From: Candidatus Versatilivorator sp.
Lineage (GTDB): Bacteria > Acidobacteriota > Terriglobia > Versatilivoradales > Versatilivoraceae
Assembly (NCBI GenBank): GCA_965207735.1
Contig: OZ242296.1
Span: 1,309,808-1,373,807, forward strand
DNA: 64,000 nt
Direction: 5' to 3'
The number at the start of each line of letters is the position of its first letter. The stretch's first letter is position 1. The notes under the pieces were generated by a model that did no database searches, was not told the DNA's origin, and was given only the letters and a program-made list of their open reading frames with translations. Made by a program: the position numbers and the translations under genes. This document shows positions 17,715 through 27,779 of this stretch, in pieces.

Positions 17715-19178
17715 ATGAAACTCTTTCTCGCCTGCCTGGGCACGGAAACCAACACCTTTTCTCCTTTCCCCACCGGGTACCGTACCTTCGAGGAAACCTG
17801 CCTGGTCCGAGGCGGCGACCATGGCCGCAACCCGTTTCTCTTTGCAGTGCCACTGGTGCTCTGGCGCCAACTGGCCTCCGAGCGCGGCTGGGCGGTGGAG
17901 GAGAGCCTCTGCGCCTTCGCCCAGCCTTCCGGAGTGACACTGCGTAGCGTCTACGAGTCCTTCCGGGAAGAAATCCTGGAGGATCTCCGGCGGGCCCTGC
18001 CGGTCGACATGGTTCTGCTCAGTCTGCACGGAGCCATGGTCGCCGACGGATATGACGACTGCGAGGGGGACCTGCTGGCTCGCATTCGCGCCCTGGTCGG
18101 CCCAAAGGTACCGGTCGGGGCGGAATTGGATCTCCACTGTCATCTGACCCACCGGATGGTGGAGGAGGCCACCGCCATCGTCAGCTTCAAGGAGTACCCT
18201 CACACGGATGCCGCCGACCGGGCGCGGGAGCTCTTTCAGATCCTGTCCGCGACTGCCTCGGGCTCCCTCAAGCCTCACATGGCCCTCTACGATTGCCGCA
18301 TGATGGGCATCTACCACACCACCTCCGAACCCATGAAGAGCTTTCTGGAGCAAGTGAAGCACCTGGAGCAGCAGAAAGGGATCGTTTCGATCTCCATTGC
18401 CCATGGGTTTGTCTGGGGTGACGTTTCCGACATGGGAACTCGGATACTGGTTCTCAGCGACGGCAAACCCCGGGAAGGAGCTCGCCTGGCCGAATCCCTG
18501 GGCCGTCAACTGTTCCAGCTGCGTCATCGGCTCCAGCCCGACTACAAGACCATAGACGAGGCCCTGGGCGAGGCCTCGACCGGGGACGGAGATCCGGTGG
18601 TATTGGCGGACGTGGCCGACAACCCGGGCGGAGGCGCTCCCGGAGATTCCACCTTTATTCTCCAGGCGCTGGTCGATCGCCGGATGAAGGATGCCGGCCT
18701 GGCCTGCATCTGGGATCCGATGGCTGTAGCCGTGGCCAGTGAAGCGGGAGAAGGGGCCCGATTCGACCTGCGCCTCGGAGGCAAGACGGGGCCGAGCTCG
18801 GGCCGCCCCCTGGATCTTCGGGTGACGGTAACCAGGGTGGTCCCCGGCGCCCGCCAGACCTTCGGCAGCGGCGCCAACCGGTCGGTCTCGTCTCTGGGAG
18901 ATGCCGTCGCTCTGCGCGCCGGCGGTATAGACATCGTGGTCAACTCCATTCGCACTCAAACCCTGGGCAGCGACGCCTTCACCAGTCTGGGCATCGATCC
19001 TCGGACCAAGCGGATTTTGGTGGTGAAATCCATGCAGCATTTCCACGCTGCTTTCGCGCCCCTCGCCCGGCAAATCCTGTATGTGGACACACCGGGAGCC
19101 CTGGTAAGCGACCTGACGCGAATCCCCTTTGGCAACGCGGACCGGAGCAAGTGGCCAATCTGCGAGACTGTGACCTGA
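17715..19178 (+). CDS. MlrC-like M81-family metallopeptidase (DUF1485 + MlrC C-terminal domain), complete
   Basis: 487 aa. GTETNTFSP, HGAMVADGYDD, ADNPGGGAPGDST motifs. Paralog of the gene at 1-887. Confidence 0.85.
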   Translation: MKLFLACLGTETNTFSPFPTGYRTFEETCLVRGGDHGRNPFLFAVPLVLWRQLASERGWAVEESLCAFAQPSGVTLRSVYESFREEILEDLRRALPVDMVLLSLHGAMVADGYDDCEGDLLARIRALVGPKVPVGAELDLHCHLTHRMVEEATAIVSFKEYPHTDAADRARELFQILSATASGSLKPHMALYDCRMMGIYHTTSEPMKSFLEQVKHLEQQKGIVSISIAHGFVWGDVSDMGTRILVLSDGKPREGARLAESLGRQLFQLRHRLQPDYKTIDEALGEASTGDGDPVVLADVADNPGGGAPGDSTFILQALVDRRMKDAGLACIWDPMAVAVASEAGEGARFDLRLGGKTGPSSGRPLDLRVTVTRVVPGARQTFGSGANRSVSSLGDAVALRAGGIDIVVNSIRTQTLGSDAFTSLGIDPRTKRILVVKSMQHFHAAFAPLARQILYVDTPGALVSDLTRIPFGNADRSKWPICETVT

Positions 19179-19350
19179 CAGTCCGGATCGGTCATTCCTT
19201 GAGGCCGAATACTTTGCTCCTGGAGCCGTTGACAAAAGGAGCACAGGTGCGCGTCCGGTCCAGAGGGATAGCGGTCCCTGGACCCGTTCGCCTTATGGTA
19301 TCCTTGGGGTTGCTACTGGTCAGTACCGCGGTGTCGAGGTCGGCGTTCCC

Positions 19351-21339
19351 GTGTTCGTGAGATTGATTGCAACCTTCCTGTGCTTGGCGGTTCCACTGAG
19401 CGCTCAGGATACTGAAACAGTCACTGAGCCCAAGCTGCTCTCCCATTTCCCCATTGGCGGCCAACAGGGGACCACCTTCGATCTGGAGGTCTCGGGCGAA
19501 GCTTTGCAAGGCGCCCACGCCGTCTGGTTTGAAGGAGGAGAACTCTCCGCCTCCATTCTGAAGGTCGAAAAGCTCCAGACCGCCCCGAAAGCAGAGGAAA
19601 AGGAGGCGGAGTCCTACCTGGCCAAAGCGGTGAAGGCCGATCACCGCGTGGTCTTTCAGGTCCGGGTGCCGATAGCGGCCGCGCCGGGATTACACCTGTT
19701 CCGACTGGTCACTCCGCGGGGACTCTCCAATGCCCTGGGCCTGCAAGTAGTCTCGGAACCCATCATTTCGGAAACCACCCGGCCGCACCAGACCGCGGAA
19801 AACGCGCAATACCTGTCGGTCCCAGCCGTCGTCAATGGCAGACTTTCGGAGAAGGGCCAACGGGACTTCTACGCATTTCGCGTCCCCCGGGGGGAGGAAC
19901 TGCTTTTTTCCGTTCGTTCCGATCTGGGTCCCAGCCGTACCTATCAGGCCCAAGCCGGAATTACCCTTTACCGGAGTTCGGCCAGTTGGTTCGATCCCAA
20001 CCGCGTGGTCCGGTTGGCCGTTGAGGGTCCTGCCCTGTCCTGGGAGCCCTTTCATCGCTACGAGCGAACCCGGTCAACCGGCAGATTCGCCCTCTTCCAG
20101 CATGTCTCCCACCAGTTTGAATCCCCGGGGCGCTTTTTTCTTTCGGTCGGCACCTTCACCGGAACCGGTGACCCCAATCACGGCTACCAACTGCGGATTG
20201 TCCGACGCCGGTCCTCCGAACCCCAACCGGTCCTGGGCAAGTTGGCCCACCCGGATCCGGGCGACTGGCTGGAAAGGGATTCAGCCACCTTAAGGCAACT
20301 GGGAAGCTTCCAACGGTCGCTTGAGCCCAACCGCCTGGCTCTTTTGCAACACCGCTCCGGCAGGGCCGCCTCCAACGGGGAGCGCGCTGCATCGTCCGAA
20401 TCCCTGCCCGACCGGCCCGATTCCGCCAATCTGTCGCCTGCCCATGCTCCCCGGATCGAACCGGCACCGGAAGTGGAACCCAACAACTCCCTGGATCGGC
20501 CGGGCAGGATAGAGATCCCCGGCCTGATCGAGGGTCGAATCCAGGCTCCCGGCGATGTCGACCTCTTCCGCTTTCAGGCCGAAGCCGGACAGAAACTGGC
20601 CTTCGAGCTTGAAACACCGGGAATCTCGCCGCCCCACTTCAACCCCTGGCTCAAGCTCCTGGATGAGGAAGGCAACGAGCTGGTGTCCAACATTTACATG
20701 GAATATGGCGGCGACGGCGACGACGTCAATAAGACGGTTGAACGGAAGACTATTTTCACCATCGAGCAGCCGGGAAGCTACTTTCTGCAGATCCGAGACT
20801 TGACCTCAGTGCAAGGGGGACCCCGGTTCACCTATCGACTCCTGGTGCGCCCCCAGGTCCCCCATCTGGGCCGGATCGAATTCAGCCTGGGAGTCACACC
20901 CTCCCTTTCCACGCTCATCGACAAGACCGATCGAATCAACCTGGAGGCAGGACAGGCCAGGGAAATGGTGGTGGTGTGCGAAAAGGAGGAGGGGTTTCAG
21001 AGTAACGTGGTCCTGACGGTCGACAACCTTCCTCCCGGTGTGCAAGCCTGGGTGAGTACCGCGGCCGGCTGGACGGAAACGTTGATGCGGGGCATCCAAT
21101 ATCGTCCCCTCGGCGTCGAGGTCGTGCCCCCCACCCACCACCGCCCGCAACGCAGCGCCACCACGCTCGTGTTCTGGGCGAGTCCCGACACGCCCATCAC
21201 CGGCAAACCGCGCTTTCTTCACCTCAAGGCCCGGCCGGTCGTGGACGGAAGGGTGGGTCCGGCGGTGCCGGCGGGAAGAATCCCCTTTTTGGCACTCGGG
21301 GCGGCCGAGAAGGCTGAAGTCATGACGTCGCGCCGCTGA
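19351..21339 (+). CDS. secreted protein with two pre-peptidase C-terminal (PPC) domains
   Basis: GTG start. Signal peptide VRLIATFLCLAVPLSAQD. Two PPC-like segments (ENAQYLSVPAVVNGRLSEKGQRDFYAFRV... and EPNNSLDRPGRIEIPGLIEGRIQAPGDVDLFRFQAEAGQKLAFEL). Confidence 0.7.
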   Translation: MFVRLIATFLCLAVPLSAQDTETVTEPKLLSHFPIGGQQGTTFDLEVSGEALQGAHAVWFEGGELSASILKVEKLQTAPKAEEKEAESYLAKAVKADHRVVFQVRVPIAAAPGLHLFRLVTPRGLSNALGLQVVSEPIISETTRPHQTAENAQYLSVPAVVNGRLSEKGQRDFYAFRVPRGEELLFSVRSDLGPSRTYQAQAGITLYRSSASWFDPNRVVRLAVEGPALSWEPFHRYERTRSTGRFALFQHVSHQFESPGRFFLSVGTFTGTGDPNHGYQLRIVRRRSSEPQPVLGKLAHPDPGDWLERDSATLRQLGSFQRSLEPNRLALLQHRSGRAASNGERAASSESLPDRPDSANLSPAHAPRIEPAPEVEPNNSLDRPGRIEIPGLIEGRIQAPGDVDLFRFQAEAGQKLAFELETPGISPPHFNPWLKLLDEEGNELVSNIYMEYGGDGDDVNKTVERKTIFTIEQPGSYFLQIRDLTSVQGGPRFTYRLLVRPQVPHLGRIEFSLGVTPSLSTLIDKTDRINLEAGQAREMVVVCEKEEGFQSNVVLTVDNLPPGVQAWVSTAAGWTETLMRGIQYRPLGVEVVPPTHHRPQRSATTLVFWASPDTPITGKPRFLHLKARPVVDGRVGPAVPAGRIPFLALGAAEKAEVMTSRR

Positions 21340-21367
21340 ATACGGGAAGCGTTGCTCTTCTGGAGGA

Positions 21368-23920
21368 ATGTTGCTTCTTAGACAGCCTCACCATTCACTG
21401 GCGAAGATCCTGGCCATTCTCCTGACGTGCCTGGGGTGCAGTTCCGATTTGGCCCACGGCCAGGCGGCCGCGAATCCCCCAACCCTGCTTTCGCTGCGGA
21501 TTGTACCGGAGGAAATTCATCTGTCGGGTCTCAATCCCTCCCAGCAGATACTGGTGCTGGGCAGGTATTCCGACGGCCTGGAACGGGACCTGACGGGTGG
21601 GTCGCCCCTGGCGGTGGGCTCTCCCGAGGTGGCTGTCATCGAGGCTGAAGGCAGATTGACTGCCCGTGCCGAGGGGGACACGGTCCTGGAAACCCATGTG
21701 GCCGGCCACTCAGCCAAGGCAACACTGACGGTCCGGTCGCTGGCCACGTCCCCACCCTTCAACTTTCAACAGGACATCGGTGGAATCCTGACCAAGCGGG
21801 GTTGCAACGACAGTGGTTGCCATGCGGGTGTCAAGGGACGAGGAGGTTTCAAGCTCTCCCTCAACGCGTTGGATCCGAAGGGAGACTACCGTTGGATCGT
21901 CAAGGGCGGCACCTACCAGGTCATGAGCCTGGAATCGGCGGGTCCTGAGTCTCCACGCATCGATCTGAGCCAACCCGAAAACAGCCTGCTGCTGCGCAAA
22001 CCCACCCTCCTTTTGCCTCATGGGGGTGGAGAGCGCCTGAGCACTCAGTCTTCCGACTACCGTACCCTGCTGGGCTGGATTCAGGCCGGCGCCCCCTACA
22101 AGCCCAAGGATTCAGAGGTGGAAGTCGAGCAGGTAACCCTGTTTCCCAAGGAACGCGTGCTCGATGCGCGCGGCACTTACCAGCTACTGGTCACTGCCCG
22201 ACTTGCCGACGGTCGAACCCGGGATCTGACCCGCCAGGCCTCCTACCATTCCGGCAACGAAGAGGTGGTGACGGTGACTGACTCCGGTCGAGTCCAGGCA
22301 CGGTCCAGGGGGGAAACGACCATCATCGTCCGCACGGCCGGTCATACCGTCAGCGCGCGTTTCGGAGTCATCTCCAAGCCTTTGCCGTCCAGCCCTTCGC
22401 CCCCGTCTCACAACTTTATCGATGACTACGTGTTCGGCAAGTTGAGTCGCTTTCACATCCCCTCTTCCCCGCTCTCCAGCGACGCCGAGTTTCTGCGCCG
22501 GGTCTGCCTGGACTTGACGGGAACGCTCCCGCCGCCCGGTCGGGTGCGGGAGTTTATTGCCAGTCGGGACCCTCAAAAACGAACGAAACTGATCGATGCC
22601 CTGTTGGATTCTCCCGAGTACGTGGACTTTTGGACTTTTCGCTTCGGCCAGCTCTTCCGGGTCGCGGCCGGCGCCGTCGGCGGGGCCGAGCATGCCTACG
22701 CCTACTGGCGCTGGGTCTGGGAGAACATCGCCCAAAACAAGTCCTATCGGGAGATCGCCCTGGACCGGCTGTCGGCCCAAGGCTACGAAGGCGCCTCCAG
22801 ACACTTTCTTTCCTACGGAGAAGAGGCCCGGGCGCCGGAAATCATGCCGGAAGAGGTGCGTATCTTCCTGGGAAGACGGCTGGATTGCGCCCAATGTCAC
22901 GACCACCCCTATGAGCAGTGGAGCCAGGATCAATTCTGGGGGCTTGCGGCCTTCTTCGGACAGATCAGCAGAACCGAATGGACCGGATTCGGGGCGGCGG
23001 TTCTCTTTGACGATCCCGCCGGCCGCCAACCGGATTTCGGAGAGTCTCCGGAAACCGTGAAGGTGATTCACCCCCGTCGCAAGCAACTCGTCGAGCCCGC
23101 CTTCCTGAACGGGCAAGCCATCTCTCCGACGGGCAACGGGCATCCGCGCCGGGAGTTCGGCCGCTGGGTCACGGCCCACCCCTATTTTGCGGAAACCCTG
23201 GTCAACCGCATGTGGGGTTACCTTTTTGGACGCGGCCTGGTGGATCCGGTGGATGATTTCCGCTCGACCAATCCGCCGACCCATCCCGATCTATTGAAGG
23301 CTCTGGCCGAGGACTGCCGCCTCCACGGATACGACCTGAAGCACATCCTGCGTCGCATCACCCGTTCCCGGGCCTACCAGCTTTCCTCGACTCCCCATGA
23401 GTCCAACCGCGAAGATGCCCTGAACTACTCACACTTCATCCCCAAGCCGCTGGAAGCCGAGGTGCTTCTGGACGCCATCAGCCAAGTGACCGGCGTCCCT
23501 GAAATCTTCGAGAACGGTCAGGGAGGTCAGGCTCCCCCGGGAACCCGAGCCATCCAACTCGAGGTGCCCGACATTTACCCCTCCGACTTTCTGCAGATGT
23601 ACGGGCGACCCAATCTTCAACAGATCCCGGAAATCAACGCCTCACCCAGCCTCACCCAGGCGCTTCACATGCTGGCGGGTAAGACCTACACGGAGAAGAT
23701 TTCCGGAAAAGGCGGGCGGCTCGACCGCTTGTTGCAGGAGGACGCCTCCCACCGGGAGGTGATTGAGGAACTCTATCTGGCAGCCTTGTCGCGCCTGCCC
23801 TCACCGCTGGAACTGGCCGAGCTGGAAGCCGCCTTGGGCAAGGGGCCCGAAAAAAGGCGGGCCTGGGAAGACCTGCTCTGGAGCCTGGTCACCTCCCGAG
23901 AGTTTGCCTTCAACCACTGA
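21368..23920 (+). CDS. PSCyt (planctomycete-type cytochrome c-like) / DUF1549 / DUF1553 protein with Ig-like Big_2 region
   Basis: 850 aa. Signal peptide. GCNDSGCHAG and LDCAQCHDHPYEQW motifs. Canonical pairing with the downstream DUF1501 gene. Confidence 0.85.
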   Translation: MLLLRQPHHSLAKILAILLTCLGCSSDLAHGQAAANPPTLLSLRIVPEEIHLSGLNPSQQILVLGRYSDGLERDLTGGSPLAVGSPEVAVIEAEGRLTARAEGDTVLETHVAGHSAKATLTVRSLATSPPFNFQQDIGGILTKRGCNDSGCHAGVKGRGGFKLSLNALDPKGDYRWIVKGGTYQVMSLESAGPESPRIDLSQPENSLLLRKPTLLLPHGGGERLSTQSSDYRTLLGWIQAGAPYKPKDSEVEVEQVTLFPKERVLDARGTYQLLVTARLADGRTRDLTRQASYHSGNEEVVTVTDSGRVQARSRGETTIIVRTAGHTVSARFGVISKPLPSSPSPPSHNFIDDYVFGKLSRFHIPSSPLSSDAEFLRRVCLDLTGTLPPPGRVREFIASRDPQKRTKLIDALLDSPEYVDFWTFRFGQLFRVAAGAVGGAEHAYAYWRWVWENIAQNKSYREIALDRLSAQGYEGASRHFLSYGEEARAPEIMPEEVRIFLGRRLDCAQCHDHPYEQWSQDQFWGLAAFFGQISRTEWTGFGAAVLFDDPAGRQPDFGESPETVKVIHPRRKQLVEPAFLNGQAISPTGNGHPRREFGRWVTAHPYFAETLVNRMWGYLFGRGLVDPVDDFRSTNPPTHPDLLKALAEDCRLHGYDLKHILRRITRSRAYQLSSTPHESNREDALNYSHFIPKPLEAEVLLDAISQVTGVPEIFENGQGGQAPPGTRAIQLEVPDIYPSDFLQMYGRPNLQQIPEINASPSLTQALHMLAGKTYTEKISGKGGRLDRLLQEDASHREVIEELYLAALSRLPSPLELAELEAALGKGPEKRRAWEDLLWSLVTSREFAFNH

Positions 23921-23965
23921 CGACACTTCGGCAAAACCGGATACTGCCGCCAGGAGTTCGACACA

Positions 23966-25312
23966 ATGATACGAAAAGCAGGGTGTTTGACCGTTACCGA
24001 GGACCTATTGAAGCGACGCCACTTCCTCCGGGTCGGCTCTCTCAGCCTTCTCGGAATCAGTTTGCCTCAATATTTGAAATCACGGAGCCTTCAAGCCGCC
24101 ACCGGCAAGGACACGCTCCGGCCGGCCACTGCCCAGGCCTGTATTCTGGTCTGGCTGGAAGGAGGTCCCAGCCAGGTGGACACCTGGGATCCCAAACCCA
24201 ACAGCAGCTTCAAGCCCATCCCAACCAACGTGGCGGGAATTCAAGTTTCCGAACTGCTTCCTCGGGTAGCCAGGCAGATGGACAAGCTGCCTCTCATCCG
24301 ATCCGTCCACACCGAAGAAAACAACCACGGCCAGGGCACTTATTACGCCATGACCGGACACCGTCCCACGGCCGCCATGCAGTTTCCCAGCCTCAACACC
24401 ATCGTCACCAAGGAACTGGGAGCCCGCAACAACGTACCCCCCAACGTACTGGTTCCCGACACCTGGAAAACGGCTTCCTATGGCGAATATATCAAGGGCG
24501 CCTTCCTGGATCCGGCTTACGATCCGATGGTGGTTCCCGACCCCAGCAAGGAGGATTTCCAGATCTCGGACCTGGCTCTTCCAAAATCGCTGACGGTTGA
24601 ACGCCTGCAGGACCGGCGCTCCATGTTGAGGTTGGTCGACAGTTTCTATCGCAGCCAAATCGAAAGGGCCGAGCACCAGGCAATGGATCGATTCACGCAA
24701 CAGGCCATGCAGATGATCCTGACGCCCGAGACCCGCCGGGCCTTCGACTTGAGCCGGGAGTCCGAGAAGACCAGAGACGCGTACGGACGAGGCAGCTTCG
24801 GCCAGAGCCTGCTGCTGGCTCGCAGGCTGGTTGAGGCGGGCGCACGCTTCGTCACGGCTGCCGGCCATGAGCTGAATGGCTGGGATACCCACTCCGACAA
24901 CGATGAACGGCACAAGGACAAGATGGTTCCAGGCCTGGACCGAGGACTGCCCACCCTTCTGGAAGACCTCCAGCAGCGAGGACTGCTGGACTCCACCGTG
25001 GTCATCGTGATGGGTGAGTTCGGCAGATCGCCCCACCACAACTCAAAGGCCGGACGAGACCATTGGCCCCACTGCTGGTCGCTGGCTATCGGAGGCGGCG
25101 GTATTCGCGGCGGCCGGGTGGTGGGCGCCAGCGACGAACGCGGCGCCTATGTGGCCGAACGCATGATTTCGATGGGCGACCTCTATGCCACCCTCTACAA
25201 GGCACTGGGCATCGACTGGACAAAGGAGTATATGAGCCCCATCGGCCGGCCGGTAAAGATTGCCAATGCCCTGGACGACGAGACCGGTCAACCCATCAAG
25301 GAGTTGATCTGA
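23966..25312 (+). CDS. DUF1501 (sulfatase-like) protein with Tat signal
   Basis: RRHFLRVGSLSLLGISL twin-arginine motif and DUF1501 core. 45 nt downstream of the DUF1553 partner. Confidence 0.85.
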   Translation: MIRKAGCLTVTEDLLKRRHFLRVGSLSLLGISLPQYLKSRSLQAATGKDTLRPATAQACILVWLEGGPSQVDTWDPKPNSSFKPIPTNVAGIQVSELLPRVARQMDKLPLIRSVHTEENNHGQGTYYAMTGHRPTAAMQFPSLNTIVTKELGARNNVPPNVLVPDTWKTASYGEYIKGAFLDPAYDPMVVPDPSKEDFQISDLALPKSLTVERLQDRRSMLRLVDSFYRSQIERAEHQAMDRFTQQAMQMILTPETRRAFDLSRESEKTRDAYGRGSFGQSLLLARRLVEAGARFVTAAGHELNGWDTHSDNDERHKDKMVPGLDRGLPTLLEDLQQRGLLDSTVVIVMGEFGRSPHHNSKAGRDHWPHCWSLAIGGGGIRGGRVVGASDERGAYVAERMISMGDLYATLYKALGIDWTKEYMSPIGRPVKIANALDDETGQPIKELI

Positions 25313-25549
25313 GGCTCCATCGAAGCCACACCTCAGACCGACAAGCAAGAAAGAAGATATCTACCAAGGGGGACGAAGAAACGGGTTGGTAATTGCTGAT
25401 TGTTGATTTCTGATTGTCGATTGAGAAGCCAGGACGACTGATTCTGCCGCAAGTCCAAAATCCACAATCAAAAATCTACAATCCACAATTCGCAATACTT
25501 CCCTCCTCTGTCAGCGTCGTTTTGACTCAAGAGATTCAACGGGCAGTTC

Positions 25550-26134
25550 TCAGAGCGCCTCCCCGACTCTGACCGTGATGGGTGAGGCGTGGTGGTGGAC
25601 CAGGTACCACTGACCCTCGACCCGGAAAAAGAGGTTGGTACCCTGAGCCTCAGAACGGCTGAAGTTGGCGTTCCGGAAACTCTCGATGTTCTCCAGGCAG
25701 GACACCCAGGCGAAGTCTCCGTTCACTCGGATCGAAACCTCGGTCGCCCGGATCTTCATGTGCTCGGTATTGCGGAAGATGGTGCCCCAGCTCTTGCGAA
25801 TCCTCTTCCAACCAGTCAGCAGTTCCCAACTCGGATGCACGCATTTGACCCAAGGCTCCTGAAGCCAGACCTTTCCCATGGCTCGGAGGCTCTGGTCGGA
25901 AACCGCCTGATAGAAGCGCCGGTTCACTCGAAACACCTCCAACTGCTCGCCGCTGAATCTTGCTTCTTCGCTCTCGGCGGCCCCATCTCCTTCAACCACT
26001 CCGGGACGAGCCTCGGCTGAGCCGCCGGCAGTCCCCTGCAGCCGGTCGGGAAAGACCGCGCCAGAAACCAGAATCAACGAAAGACAAAGAGCTGTCGCCC
26101 ACAGTATTCGTCTGACCGGGTACAAGTCACCCAT
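25550..26134 (-). CDS. NTF2-like / SnoaL-DUF4440-type small secreted protein
   Basis: Start at MGDLYPVRRILWATALCLSLILVSGAV (signal peptide). ~190 aa with an NTF2-like fold pattern. Confidence 0.55.
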   Translation of the reverse strand: MGDLYPVRRILWATALCLSLILVSGAVFPDRLQGTAGGSAEARPGVVEGDGAAESEEARFSGEQLEVFRVNRRFYQAVSDQSLRAMGKVWLQEPWVKCVHPSWELLTGWKRIRKSWGTIFRNTEHMKIRATEVSIRVNGDFAWVSCLENIESFRNANFSRSEAQGTNLFFRVEGQWYLVHHHASPITVRVGEAL

Positions 26135-26270
26135 CTCATGTCCTCCCATTTCTGCATTTCAGCCAAGTCCTCCCCGCCGTCCACGATGGGGCGAACCTTT
26201 CGAGGGTGAAACAACAAAAGTTCATTGCCTATTGGGAACAAGTATCCTTTCCGGTGAATCCGGATTCCCG

Positions 26271-26310
26271 GATTATTGAACATGGATGCACAGGATGCAC
26301 AGGATAATCA
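26271..26310 (+). repeat. solo subterminal inverted-repeat fragment (copy B) of the MITE-like family
   Basis: attattgaacatggatgcacaggatgcacaggata. Near-identical, in inverted orientation, to copy C at 32972-33001. Followed by an AT-rich segment. Confidence 0.5.
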
Positions 26311-26589
26311 GGACAGGAGGCCGCTGCGCGACCCGCAATCTCTCAAGTATAAACCATTAATTACAAAAGAGTTTATTTGGATCAGTCTGCTGCGGTTCCC
26401 TCATTATATCCCTTTTATTGAAAAGGAACCCCCTGGACAATCTAGGACGTTGGTGGAAAGGTCAGCCGAGTATCAACCCTGAATCCGAGGCCGTCAAGCG
26501 GGGTGGCAAGCTGCCCGTGTCGCGGATCGTAGCAACTATCCCCGACTTTCGATATTGTATGTTGTCGCTACCTAAATAGCCGTGAGTCC

Positions 26590-26807
26590 GTCGCTTGGCC
26601 GCTTCCCGGGCGTTGGATCTTTAACCCCCACAGCTTCCGCGTCCTGGTCGTGACCGATTTGCTTTCCCAGTGCGTGTCCCTTGAGGACGTGCAGGACCTG
26701 GCCGGACACCTAAGCCCCAGGACAAGCCAGATCTATGATCGCCGGCGACGGCGTGTGACGCGCGAAATCGTGGAGAGGATTTCCGTGTGGGCCTTGATGC
26801 CTTGAAG
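26590..26807 (+). pseudogene. tyrosine recombinase (phage-integrase family) C-terminal remnant
   Basis: Frame gives ...NPHSFRVLVVTDLLSQCVSLEDVQDLAGHLSPRTSQIYDRRRRRVTREIVERISVWALMP*. This is the conserved HxxR...LGH...Y catalytic C-terminus. An in-frame stop lies upstream (TAG at 26530-26532), so only ~70 aa are present. Confidence 0.6.
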
Positions 26808-27134
26808 GGAGGCTCCCAACATGTCATCGTCGTGGGCCCGCGCCGGCAAGGACCCAGCCGCTGCGGACCGCCTGGCTCGTCTGATGGACGAGGAGCTGAC
26901 AAAAGACCGAGACCGTGAGCTGCTGGAGCGATGGCGAGGCACGTAGGGACCGCTACCCCGGGGTGCTACGGGTCGTCAGAACCTGAAAAAACACAGCACA
27001 GGGAAACTGTCGGCTTTTTTTTCAGCCGATCAGGGTCAAACAGAAAATCGCAGGCTGGACCGCCGAGCTCAAGGATTTTGGGGGTGCCTGATGGGAATCA
27101 TGGCAAACTGGATGCCCATAACCAGGAACATAAA

Positions 27135-27505
27135 TCAATACGAGAACCAGTCTGCCATCCAGCCAATTCCCCTTGATCCTTGCAAGTAAACATGCAGCAG
27201 GTAGGCAAGAGAGTAAATGGTGGCAGCAGTTACCACTGTGCGATAAATCTCCTTGGTTGCTACAACTCTATGTCGGCGCCGCGTCTCCAACCATTTGTAC
27301 ACCAAGCCCCCTAATACAGCACTTGTTGACGCCCACAGCCAAGTTTCCAAATACCACGGCGAAGACACAGTAGAGTTTCCAAACCGAAGAGCGCAAAGAG
27401 AACTACAACTGCTGTGGAATGCGGGCTAGTCGCATCCAGGCCCCAAGACATATGTCGCCCGACATGCTGAAATGTCGAACTCTTATGTTTGCTCAGCTTG
27501 TTCAT
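27135..27505 (-). other. degenerate ORF fragments in a low-GC (~48%) segment
   Basis: Two overlapping short ORFs in different frames with hydrophobic stretches. Local GC is well below the window average. No recognisable family. Confidence 0.2.
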
Positions 27506-27779
27506 CGCATTGGCTATCTATCCACACACAGACAAGGCCACAAACTTCCCCGGCGGGGAGGTTAAGAGCGCCAATAGATGTACAGGATATTGCAGCACTA
27601 GGGCGTTTTGACATTCAGCAGAGCCTTTTGCAAAATTCACCGTAGGGCAGGCTTGTTAGCGGTGAGACGTGATGTGCGACGCGTGACTACCTGACAGCAA
27701 GAGCCCTTTTGAAGGTAAATCCCCAGATCTGAAGGCTGGATCGCAGGTTCTTGCAGAGCGCGGGCACAGCTTCCCCTCT

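Noticed and set aside
17685-19244. 519-aa minus-strand ORF
   Set aside because: Antisense shadow of the MlrC-like gene at 17715-19178.
22184-23284. 366-aa minus-strand ORF (and similar long antisense ORFs at 24080-25039, 27822-28820, 33423-34262, 35199-36638, 43016-44542, 44888-45724, 48219-49508, 53620-54714, 56809-57825, 57590-58372, 60201-61133)
   Set aside because: Each is fully contained in the antisense of a well-supported gene and lacks recognisable motifs. Typical high-GC shadow ORFs.
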